Shown: in pieces, positions 22,401-33,753 of the stretch
Layout: each line of letters begins with the position of its first letter
How positions within the stretch are numbered: position 1 is the first letter of the stretch
Origin: Eremomyces bilateralis CBS 781.70
Taxonomy: Eukaryota
Assembly: GCA_010015585.1 (NCBI GenBank)
Contig: ML975162.1
Direction: 5' to 3' (one strand)
DNA length: 64,000 bases
Notes under the pieces: model-generated
Database searches by the model: none
Told to the model about the DNA's origin: nothing
Seen by the model: the letters and a program-made list of their open reading frames with translations, nothing else
Program-made: the position numbers and the translations under genes

Positions 22401-24874
22401 GGCCGATGCCGAAGAGCAGTATCAGCTTCCCCTCAACGTTGTTCGCATCATCGACAACGCCAAGACCAAGTTCCGCATCAAGCATGGTGCACGAAGCGAT
22501 ATGCATCCTGCGGAGGTCATCCCGATGGTCAAAGATCTTCTCGACCGCCTAACGGTGGTCCGTGGAGACGACCCGATAACGAACGAAGCTCAGCACGATG
22601 CGACATTGCTCATCAAAGCGCAAATGCGGTCTCATTTGGCATTCAAGCGCTTGGTCAAACAGCATTCACTGAACAAGCTAGCCCTGGAGAATATTCTGGG
22701 CGATATCGAGTCTCGCTTCGCCCGCGCACTTGTCAGCCCTGGCGAGATGGTTGGTGTGCTAGCAGCCCAATCCATCGGCGAACCCGCGACGCAGATGACG
22801 CTGAACACCTTCCATTTCACGGGTATTGCATCCAAAAACGTCACCCTTGGTGTCCCACGTCTCAAGGAAATCTTGAACGTTGCTGTCAACCTCAAGACGC
22901 CGTCCATGAAGGTCTACCTCGAGAAGGATAAGCGTGACGACCAGCGCTGGGCGGCGAAATTGCGAAGCCGCATGGAGCACACCAGCTTGGGCAGCGTTAC
23001 GGAACTGACGGAGATCGTCTACGATCCTGATATCGAGAACACAATTGTCGAAGCGGACCAGGACATGGTTGAGTCCTACTTCATCATCCCTGAGGACAAT
23101 GTCGATGTGGAATTGCAATCCCGATGGGTCCTTCGTATCGTGCTCAGTCGACGCAAGCTCCTGGACACAGGGTTGACGGTTGCCGATGTTGCCAGTGCGC
23201 TCAAGGCCGCCTTCTCCCAACATGTTGCGATCATCTTCAGCGACAACAACGCCGATGAGCAAGTCATCCGTGTCCGTCTGGTCCACGGCAAAGAGGACGC
23301 AATCAGCGATGAAGAGGATGCCTCCTACCGCAAGTTCGAGGACCACATCCTCACCAAGTTCACTCTCCGTGGCATTCCTGGCATCGAACGCGCTTACCTC
23401 AGCACCAATGATCATATCCACTACGACAAAGAGGGCACGTTGGTCTTCAAGAAGGCGGATCCACTTTGCACAGAGCATTTCCTAGATACTACCGGTACCG
23501 ACCTTCGCGCTTCGCTGGCCATCGAGGACGTCGATCACACTCGAACCTACACGAACGACTTCTCCCAGATTTTGGCGGTCCTTGGCATTGAAGCCACCCG
23601 AGCCGCGTTGATGCACGAATTGTGGCAGGTGTTGTCATTTGATGGTTCATATGTCAATCATCGTCACTTGGCTCTTCTTGTCGAGGTCATGACCTCGCGC
23701 GGCCTTCTCATGCCCGTCTCTCGATTCGGTATCAACCGTGCAGATACCGGCGCATTGATGAGGTGTTCCTTTGAGGAGACCGTCGAAATTCTCATGGAAG
23801 CCGCAGCTGTTGGTGAGCTCGATGATTGTCGCGGGGTTTCCGAGAACGTCATTCTCGGCCAGCTTGCGCCTTTGGGTACTGGCGATATGGAAATCCTTCT
23901 GGATCAAGAGATGCTCAACCTCATGCCCAAGGACAACCGACGTCTCGGACTGGGTGCTGAGGTTGGCAACATCGGCCAATTCGATGACACCGGTGCATCT
24001 ACGCCATATCAACTGGGCAGCCCTACGCACGAAGGTCTGATGGCTGGCGTCGATTACAATGCGCCGTTCTCGCCGATGGTCGAGGCGGGAACCGCCGAAG
24101 CAGGTGGCTTCACCTCCTATGGACGCGATTACGATGGCTTCACGAGCCCTTACGCATCCACCGACCGGACGAGCCCAGCTTACAACGCTACAAGTCCTTT
24201 CACCGCTGGCGGCATGAGCCCGGCGTCCCCTGGGTACTCGCCGACATCCCCAAGTTACTCTCCAACTTCGCCTATGACCAGCCCGCGGTTTACAGGGTCT
24301 ACGTCACCCAGCTTCTCCCCGGCGTCCCCGGCTTATACGCCGACATCTCCCCGCTACTCGCCCACGTCTCCCGCGTATGGGCACTCCCCGACGTCGCCTT
24401 CCTACTCTCCGACCTCCCCGTCCTTCTCTCCGGAGAGTCCGTCCTACTCCCCCACCTCACCAACTTACTCCCCCAACACACCCGGGCACCGTAACTACTC
24501 CCCCACGTCGCCCACGTACTCCCCCACTTCTCCCGTCTATTCGCCCACTTCTCCGCAGTTCGCGGGCGCGACCACGCAACGTTCGCCCACGTCCCCCACA
24601 TCCCCTTCGTACAGCCCAACGTCGCCGATGTACTCCCCAAGCAGCCCTGCCGGCAACAACCAGTATTCGCCGACTAGTCCGCGGTACAGTCCGACCAGCC
24701 CGACCAGCCCGACCTACAGCCCTGGGGCAAGTGGGACTCCGGGCAATGCGGCATATAACGCGACCAGTCCGCAGTACAGCCCGACCAGCCCGAAGTATTC
24801 TCCAACGTAAGTCTACTTTCTTTCCATCCATCATGACCGGCGAATGCTTACAACGAATCAGATCACCACGATGA
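19401..24874 (+). CDS. RPB1: RNA polymerase II largest subunit, 4 exons
   Basis: Exons 19401-19529, 19596-19752, 19811-24806, 24862-24874. Catalytic NADFDGD, bridge helix [26 protein letters not shown], trigger loop QMTLNTFH and a YSPTSPS CTD. Confidence 0.99.
24220..24874 (+). repeat. RPB1 CTD heptad array (roughly 20 degenerate YSPTSPx units)
   Basis: Coding tandem repeats of YSPTSP[S/T/R/M/V/Q/K] interrupted by short spacers. Confidence 0.9.
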
Positions 24875-25492
24875 AAAGAGCATACCTCACTTGTGGGCGC
24901 GACCGCGAGAACGAACGGGCAGTGGAAGCCATGAATCCTCGTTTGATCCTTCGTTTCCCATTCCCCAGCACCTAAACAACCCACAATTTCCAAAAACCAG
25001 CAACTTCATCTACTTCCTGCGTGGCTTTTTTTTTGCTGCCAGCTGTATTAGCCCTCCAACACACACTCACGGCGTTTCCAGCGAGGGGTGCTTTCTACTT
25101 TTTTTTTTCACCGAAGCGCACCTGCATCTGCACACGCACGAGCACACGCACGCCCATCGGGGGGTGACATTCAAAAAGGAACATGCATTCAAAAATTGGA
25201 GATGGGGTTATGGTCCATTTGCGTTTTGCCGTTGCTTTTTATCGGCTTCGTTGTTCTGCATGCGCGTGGAGCTATGCTAGAGGAGCTATATTAGAAGGAG
25301 AGCGGCAGTCGGCGGTGGAAGGTCGCATGGTGGTGGTGGTGGTGGCGGCGGCGGTCTTCGATCGCTTCTCGGATGAGGGATGAGATTGGTGTGATGCACT
25401 TCTTTCGTTCGTTGCATAAGAGCAGAGGGAGAACGACGGAGGTGAGAGGGATGATGGTCACCAAATTGCGACGTCGACGGTTGAAAAGTAGA

Positions 25493-25520
25493 GGGGATAG
25501 CAGGGGATAGCAGGGGATAA
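25493..25520. repeat. Short 10-bp tandem repeat (GGGGATAGCA) in intergenic DNA
   Basis: ggggatagca ggggatagca ggggata read directly; (GGT)n(GGC)n and (CCT)n(CCA)n microsatellites lie nearby at about 25328-25354 and 25759-25782. Confidence 0.7.
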
Positions 25521-25907
25521 TTAAATGAAATCAAAAAATCATTGAACCAATTTGTGAGCTCTATTTGGACAGGGCTGTGACTTGTTATGAGTGAATACCA
25601 GTAAGTCGGTCTTAGATGGAGTATCTGACTCCTTGATGGTGATGATTTCATAGAGGGAGGATCGTGGACAGGGATGAGGGAAACTTGATGACAACGCGAT
25701 AGAGGATGACATCTGGCCGGTTTCCAAGAATACCCCGAAGCTAACAATCACCCGTGTTCCTCCTCCTCCTCCACCACCACCAGTGTTTGCTTGTAAATGA
25801 ATAGGCGGAACCTTCCTGCTCTCCAAAATCATGACTATCATCTTATGATCCCTTTGATTCTTTAGACCGCGGTGTACAGATGAGGTGTGCCTGCTTCACC
25901 AGCTGCA

Positions 25908-28674
25908 ATGGGCAGACATCGTATAGGACAGCTCCTGAAGCTGCCGTTATTACACCGTATGAGTTGCCCTTGTCGATTATTGCTGTCCTCTGTGTATCTG
26001 CTAATATACGCGATCAGTATTACTGCTTTTCTCCCTCTTGCCTGTCATACAAGGTGCAATCCAGGAAGCCGACCGAGATAGCGCGACCGAAAGCATATCC
26101 CAAAAACCCATCACGTCTGGCGCATACAAGGATGGAGGTGGAGGATCCCAGGGAGCAACGCACAGCGAAGAAGGTATATCACCCAGGAGGCCCATAGGCA
26201 GAGACATTAAGTGCTCACATTGCGATCTAGCCGTTGCCGAAGCCATCTCAATCCTCGACTCCATCAAACCCCTCTTCTCCAACGTAATCCCGACCCCCAA
26301 ACAATCCGGCCTCCTCAGCACGACATTCCACTACGCAAAGACCCTTCTGATACCCGGTTTCTCCCTTTCCGATCAATTCACAACGAATACCTCTCCCCAG
26401 GACGCGTTATCCGTGCACAATGCTGTGGAATGGCTTGACGTGGCAGCTGCCGAGGGGAGCGCCGACGCCATCTATCTCCTTGCCGAACTGAACTTCTGGG
26501 GCAACTACTCCCATCCGCGGAACTACACCGAAGCGTTCGAGCTCTACCATTTCCTCGCGGAAGAAACGGGGAACGCCACGGCGCAGCGAATGGTGGGATT
26601 TTTTTACGCAACCGGCCTCGGCGACATCGTGAAACCCGACCAGGCGAAAGCGTTGTTATATTACACATTCGCGGCGGACGGGGGCGATCTCCGGGCGGAG
26701 ATGTCGGTGGCATATCGTCACCATATGGGCATTTCGGCTCCGCAACATTGTGAGGAGTCGGTGCACTACTATCGGTCGGTGGCTAGGAAGGTGATTGCGT
26801 GGGTGCGCTCCGGGCCACCAGGGAACTACGCGCTCATTCGAGAAGCGTATGCGCTATCTGATGAAGATGGGGGATTGTACGGCGAGGGCGCAAGTGTGAG
26901 CAGCACCGGATCGAATCAAAAGCATCCAGGTATTATCCATCAGGATGCGCCTGGACCCGGGTTGGAAGACATGCTGGAATACCTGGACCTCATGGGCAGG
27001 AAAGGAGATATCAAAGCGAAGTTCATGCTTGGAAAGTTGTACTACGAGGGTGCCCGCTCTCTGCCACAAGACGTCAAACTCGCGAAGGAGTACTTCCTTG
27101 GTATCGCGCGACAATACTGGAATAAAGACGGGAGTGAGAACGAGGGTCTGAGCCCACAAACTCAGAAGACTGCAGCTCGAGCTGCCGGCTACCTGGGCCG
27201 CATGTTCCTTCGCGGCGAAGGTGTCCTTCAGTCGTTCGAGATCGCGAGAACCTGGTTCCAACGTGGTATCAGGGTATCGGATCCCCTCTCCGAGTACAGT
27301 CTCGGCTTGATGCACCTCAAAGGACTTGGCGTCGAATCCGATCCGTACATGGCGGCCAAGTACTTCACCGCCGCGGCGGACGAGCACCTCCCGTCTGCCC
27401 AGGCGCAGCTAGGGATCTTGTTCTTGGACCAAGGCGATATCAGCATCGCGCTGCGCTACTTCGAGCTCGCGGCAAGGGCGGGCCATGTCGAGGCGTTCTA
27501 CTATCTGGCCGAGATGACGTGGCATGGACACGGCCGCACGCAGGACTGCGGTCTCGCAGCGGCCTACTACAAGATCGTCGCTGAGAAAGCAGAGGCGTTC
27601 GTCGCGAACTTCCAGGAGGCGAACGACGCTTATGAGATGGGGGATCGTGAAGCTGCATTGGTGAGATATTTGATGGCGGCCGAGCAGGGCTTCGAGACCG
27701 GGCAGAGCAACGTGGCGTATCTACTCGATCAGTCTACTCCTCGCTGGTCGCTTTTATACTGGCTTCGTGAATTCCTAGCGAAATCCCTAGACAAGGCGCA
27801 CCTTACCCTGAGCGTTCTCTCCTCTCTCCAACCCAAAACCGGCTCCATCTTCAACAACCCCACCCTCGCCCTTATCCAGTATACCCGCGCCGCCAAGCAA
27901 TCCAATATCGACGCCATGGTCAAGATGGGCGACTTCTACCTCTCCGGCGTCAGCACCTCCACCGACCCCGAGAAAGCCGCCGCCTGCTACCAAGCTGCCT
28001 CCGAAACCTGGCAATCCGCACAAGCGATGTGGAACCTCGGCTGGATGCACGAAAACGGCATCGGCATGCCGCAGGACTTCCACCTCGCCAAGCGCATGTA
28101 CGACCAGGCGCTGGACACCAACAAGGAAGCCTACGCACCCGTCACCCTGGCGCTGGTCAAGCTGCGGTGCCGCGCGATGTGGAACCGCGTCTCGGGCGGC
28201 GCGGTCCACGGCATCGACGACCCCGACGAGCGCGACGCGAAGCCGAAGACGTGGACGGAGTGGTTGGCGAATTTCTTGGAGAACGCGATCGCGGCGGACG
28301 AGGCGCGCATGGCGCAGATGGGCGAGGTGGACGATTGGGAGATGGGCGATACGCCGCGACTGGGGGGCGGGTCAGAGGGCGATGGGTACGGTGAGGCGTA
28401 TCCGTACGATGACCTCGATTATTTGGACGATGGGATTCTCGAGGGGTTGATCATCCTCGCGTTCGCGGGAGTGTTGGCGTTCCTGCTCTTTTGGCGGCAG
28501 CAGCGGCAGCGGACGCGGGAGCGGGAACGACAGGAGCAGGAGCGGAGACGGACGGGGCAGGTCGAGCAGGATGAGGTGAATCGAGCGGCGGATCAGGAGG
28601 GGGTGCAGGGGCTGTTTCCGGGGCAGAACGAGCCGGGGTTCATGGATTGGGTCGCGGGCGGAGTGGGACATTGA
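25908..28674 (+). CDS. HRD3: ERAD ubiquitin-ligase subunit Hrd3/Sel1 (Sel1-like repeats, signal peptide, C-terminal TM)
   Basis: ATG at 25908 plus intron 25957-26017 gives a signal peptide (…LPLLHLLLLFSLLPVIQGA). Many Sel1 repeats (e.g. AQAMWNLGWMHENGIGMPQDFHLAKRMYDQA), a TM segment near the end and the C-terminus WVAGGVGH. A probable in-frame intron at about 26173-26230. Confidence 0.93.
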
Positions 28675-28708
28675 TCACGCATGGTGCTGTACAAATAATC
28701 ACTGTTAA

Positions 28709-29845
28709 TCAAGACTTTTCTTTTGCATTGTCGTCAGGCAGTCGTCCTGTTTTTCCGCTTAGTATCCAAGGCCGCTGGTTCCAGAAGTCTTCTTGGATGA
28801 TGTCGATGTGTTCAATGGCAACGGTCGCCTTCAAGCGCCGTTTCCGGTCTTTCTCAGCAACCGTCTTCGACTGTGGTGTCGGGGTCTCAGGGGCGCTGGT
28901 TTCACTGGAGCCGAGCAGAGCGTGCCGTGACTCCAGCTCAAACGAACGATAGAGCACACTACCCTTTTTGAAGACATCGGGTTCGCGGTTGTAATTCATC
29001 CCGTCGCACTCCGCGTACAGAATTTCGTGCTTGTCTTTCGACACCGTCCCTGACAGACGCTTTTCTGCCGCTCGGGCGTCTAGGCCGGCTTTCTGAATCA
29101 AGCTCCAGAAAGAGGTGTTATAGAGATTGTTGATATGACCTGCGTCGATTAGGAGCCTTTCATGGCTGGACAGGAGATTGGGCACGTACAGTCGGCCTGG
29201 CGCCAGCTAAAGTAGTCCCGTAAACTGGTCACATCAGGGTACAGCACAGCTCTTCCATCGAACGATGGGAGCGGCGGGATCAGCGGTTTGTCAGGAAAAA
29301 AGTTGGTCCACAAGTGGACATAATATCCGGTGAATGTAGAAACGATGGTAGAGACCAGTTTACTGTGGCTGTTAGTGAAGGAGACCTCCTCTCCTGAACT
29401 AAGGATGCCCGTACTTTGAGCGTCTCTGGAATAAAGTACAGTCTTTATGAAACAGAAAGCTGTCTCGCATGTTAGTCACAGCTCAGAAGGCTAGACGCGA
29501 TTGCTACCTACCTGAATTCGTCGCTCACGCCGTACGCGAGAAGCAGATCAGGGATATCTTTCATGACGCATTGCGCAGCGGAGTTCATGAGGTCGATCGC
29601 CCTTCGGTCGTTTGGCTTCTCGAACCCATATCTAGAACAGAGCCTGATAAAGAGTCAGTAAAATGCAAACTCATATTCTCGGGAGTTCGAACTTCGTGAA
29701 GCCTCTGCCGTCGATTCTGATCACTATCCATGTCCTTGATAGGAGGTTGTCGGGCTGCTCGAAGGTCTTGACGTATTCGTACCTGCGCCAATTTTAGTGC
29801 TGATATATTGGGAAGGTTTCGATATTGTTACTTTGAATTAGCCAT
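28709..29845 (-). CDS. THG1: tRNA(His) guanylyltransferase, multi-exon
   Basis: Spliced MANSK/YEYVKTFEQ…IRIDGRGF, KPNDRRAIDLMN…AYGVSDEF, PSFDGRAVLYP, WRQADCHINNLYNT, FKKGSVLYR. Confidence 0.95.
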
Positions 29846-29948
29846 TAGGAATTTCTATCAGGCAACGTATACAAATTACTCATAATCTTTTCAATGATTT
29901 AACGGCGAAAGCGAGAGGCATCGAGCATGAAGTCAAAGCCAGGTTGGG

Positions 29949-29958
29949 GTCACGTGAC
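29949..29958. promoter_or_regulatory. Palindromic E-box GTCACGTGAC about 100 bp upstream of THG1
   Basis: Exact 10-bp palindrome, identical to the one at 7049. CACGTGAC also occurs upstream of RPB4 (39251-39258). Confidence 0.45.
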
Positions 29959-30188
29959 ATTTTTGATAAATACTGATTCTGAGTCACAATGGACAAGAAT
30001 TTCCTAGTATTCGAGAAGGACTATATGGATATAATCGCACTGAATCGAACCGCTCGAGTCCAGAGCCAAGCACTTGGCTTTCAATGCGTTGTCAGTCATG
30101 ATGATATTCGGCGCGTCAGCTCAATCAGTTCCCAGGTCAAGTCGGGCAGCCCGCAGTTCATTGTCTGGATTCAATTCTAATATGCCAA

Positions 30189-31449
30189 CTATACAGGTAT
30201 ATGGAGCGGATTCATCACCCTGAGATTGATTCAGCGCTGTGTCGGACAAGAAGGGTCTTTAGGGGAGGACTTACGATGCGCCTCCATCAACCACCAAGTT
30301 TGCTCCAGTAATATAACTACTGAAACCAGAAGCTAAAAAGCCAGCCACTTTTCCAACCTCCGAGGGGAACCCAGCCCTCTCTAAACCGATGACCTCTTTC
30401 TGAGTCTGCAGACTCGATGGCGGCAGCTGCGTGCTCGTTCCACGCATATCAGACTAGTCACGAGGTCAGCACATTGAGAGAGCCCGCAATGTCGCGTATT
30501 AAAGGTCTAGTACCGGTTTCAAATCGACCCCTACATCAATCTGCCCTGGACTAATACAGTTAATACGTACACCCGTTCCCTTCAGCACAGCAACGCCAGC
30601 CCTGACAACCCCCAAAGCAGCGTGCGAGCTCATCGTCAAAGCAGGGCCCCAGCAGCCACCATACGTGCTAGCGACGGAGCTCACGACAATGATGCTGCCA
30701 TACGCGGCGTCTTTCAGCGCCGCGTTGGGGTAGTTGCCTTTTGGCGTGGTTTTACCCATTGCTGGCGGAGCATATTTAAGCGCGAAGAACGGCGCCATGC
30801 TGTTGGTCTCGAAGCATTTGCGGAGGTCGTCGGGGGAGGTTTCGTCGATTGAAGGAGGCCCGAGGAGACCCGAGGAGGTGACCCAGACGTCGAGACTTGA
30901 CACCACGAGTTAACAGCGGATCGGTAGCGCGTGGAAGGTTAGCTTACCGGCCCCATTGGTTCAGGATATCGTCGATCAGACTCAGCGTGTCTTCCTCGGT
31001 CGCGAACTTATACGGGTATGCGATGATCTTCGTATTCGGGTAGATATTGGTGGTCTCGATGATAAAAGCGTCGAACTCCTTTGTGGAGGCATCATCACAC
31101 GCTACTTGATACTCAGCGAGGAGCTCAAATACTTACTGTCACTGCTGGAGGAGCGGATGTCGTCAATGGACATACCGTATACACAGGCGGCACCGTGAGC
31201 TAATCTTGGGTCAGCGGACTTTGCCTTGGCCTGATTCTCATGCACGATTAACTTACCAGCAAGTTCCGTTACGATTGCTCTACCAACGGGTTGAGTAGCT
31301 CCGGTGATTATGCAAACGAATCCATACTATCCGGCGTAATCTCAGCATTGCCCTAGCTCTTCTTCAATATAATGACGTACCAACTTCCCATCTACTCTAT
31401 ATGGCGAAAAATGCTCCGAATCTATGTTGTTCATTGTATAATCGGCCAT
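30189..31449 (-). CDS. Atypical short-chain dehydrogenase/reductase (SDR), multi-exon
   Basis: Spliced VCIITGATQPVGRAIVTELA, GSIIVVSSVAS, GVRINCISPGQID, LERAGFPSEVGKVAGFLASGFSSYITGANLVVDGG; stop TAG at 30189-30191. Confidence 0.85.
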
Positions 31450-32269
31450 ATTGTCCGCTGCTGCCACTCTGCGTCTATACAGGATCGTCCACTCGTCTTA
31501 AAAGATCTTGATCGTTTAGTTAACTAGTAACGGGCCAGAAAGTCAAGAAGAAGGATAATTCCCGCCATGTTTGATCTTTTTAGCGTCTCTGACAGCGCCT
31601 TGCAATCCATGGGAGATTGTTATTCGGTGGAGATATACGTTGGATTGGGCCGCTCAGCGGAATCCATGCATGACCTTATCTGTACTCCGTAATATCGCCT
31701 ATCAGAATCGATCATTTATCAACATCACTCGATCCGCTAAATTCGCCACAGGCATAAGCTTTGGATTAGGAAAGATTCAATTTGATATACTCCATCCAAC
31801 GTGGAAGAATTGATGACCTTGAAACGTCCCCCCGGACCGAGAGCGCTCGATCGCTTGACAATACCCCGGTATCTGTAGCCCTTTTGATAGTCGATAAGCT
31901 TCTCCTTTTCCGTAGACTGTGGGGGAGCGTCAAAGATGAACAACCATCGATTTATTACCCCCCGAATTCCTCTATTTGAGCTGCTGAGGTCATGGACGCA
32001 GGTAGGCCAATCGACTACCGTCCTGAGCGTAGGAGCTTCATCAAATCAGTCATAATCAGTCAACCCCTCTCTGGTTCAAACTACGACACCTGTTCATAAC
32101 CAGTACATCCCGCTGGTATGTTACACAGCTAGCCCTCCCAACCATACAGCATGGAAACGTCCCAATCATCACTTTTGTTTACCAGAGGACGATTTCTTGA
32201 CCTACACCCCATTTGCCCTGAGAATCCTGCGATGTACTTAGACTACCAGTAGGGAGAATGGGATCCTAA

Positions 32270-33423
32270 TCAGTGATTGACTATCACTCCACACTGGAAA
32301 TCCGGCATCGGTATAATTGCTGAAAACCGCTTTACGGCCCTCCGAGCTTTTCCATGGAGTAACTGTTTAGCCTGTTTCTGTTCTTCGCTCAGTTTGCTCT
32401 CCCTGGCGCCCACAATGATCCGTGATCCGTATTAGCAGGTTTCTTATACCCCAAAGTTTACAGGCGACTTACGCAGTCGCTTTTCCACACAGCATGTCAC
32501 TAAGACTATGGGGCTTCTTGAAGTCCTCTTCATCATCAGAAACTTGTGGCCGCAGATACTCGTTGAAAAGATTCCACTTCTTCCGCTCCCCCGGTCCGTC
32601 ACTTTCAATCGGGGCAAGCTGGCGAGAAAAGGTATCGAATTCGTGCTCTTTCATCCAACCGATTCGTTTCGGGATGAATGACGCGGATCCGGACTTGTGA
32701 GCAAGGTCCTCAAACTTAGGAGACCCAGCTAAGATTTTGGCTCCGTCTCTTCGGTTCCCCAGTCGTCCCAGTGTCTGCTTCCATTCTTGAACCAGTCTCA
32801 GCTCCGCCATCTAGAAGGTAACTACCGCCCTCGACGTTGGTTACTTTCAAACCCCTTTGGTCCCAGGCCTGTAATGTGAGAGGACCGGTATGGTTGAGAG
32901 AGATATCTTGGGAGAAATCCACGAGGTTTTCAAAGCACCGCACATGATAACACTCTGTGGGATGGCGAGCGCCAACCACCGGGGACTCCAAGCGATGACC
33001 CCATTTCTTACCTGCGATGGTTTGGATATTGCGGCCGGGATCCTCGGCGATCCGGTAATCCCTCTCTTCAATAATCCCATCGCAAGTAGGAAACTGGTAT
33101 TTTGCGACCGACAACGAAGGAATCGTTAACTCAACCCAACAGAAGACGGCCTTTTGGCCTTTACTGCTAATATGCTCGCGAAGTCCGAGCGGAGCATCTC
33201 TGATGCGTTCTTCGTCTGTCGGTTTAGCCAGGGGGGCAAAGGATTGCTGTAGACGGGCACGGTAGGACTGAGATTCCTCCTTAACCTCAGGTGACCTTGA
33301 TCTCCTCTTTGATGGTAGCTTTGCGGGATGCTTTTTTTTCTTCCGCCCTGCTCTCGTTCCTCGATAGTGCCAATATTCACCTTCTGGTCCCACTCGTGTT
33401 CCCGTTCTGTTCATGGCTGTCAT
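32270..33423 (-). pseudogene. Frameshifted hypothetical gene with a degenerate PARP-type zinc-finger-like motif
   Basis: ORF 32716-33423 reads on as ORF 32469-32810 only via a frameshift near 32797 (YLLDGGAE/RLVQEWK), with no intron signals there. Motif SVAKYQFPTC…YRIA…YHVRCFE. A probable last intron follows about 32472. Could be an assembly error. Confidence 0.5.
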
Positions 33424-33753
33424 TTTTCCGATGCACTGTGAGGTGGTGAAGGATTCGGGAAGTTTTATGTAGCGGGGAGGGTCAAAATGTTGGGGAGATG
33501 AAAGAATATTGGTTGGGATAATTGTTACTGTGGAGAGTAGAAGTAAGGTACCGGGCGTGTTTTGAATTCACCTGGTGTTGTCACATGTCGGTCATATAAT
33601 TCATGTTGCATGTAGTAACAGTCATGTCTTTCGCCTTTGATGTCTGCGTTCAATCAGATAAGAGGCGCTTTTCTGGTCCTAACCCAGGCATATCATAGGA
33701 TCTAATTGCACAACTAACAACCACTATTCCCAACTGCCATGGTTACCTGGAAC

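Noticed and set aside
19803..24993. Many 100-270 aa antisense or alternate-frame ORFs over RPB1 (likewise over urease, HRD3, SLA1 and SRO7)
   Set aside because: Expected by-products of GC-rich codon usage and repeats in the real genes.
31737..32040. ~100-codon minus-strand open frame (…LFIFDAPPQSTEKEKLIDYQKGYRYRG…)
   Set aside because: No ATG, no family motif; possibly a relic, but unsupported.
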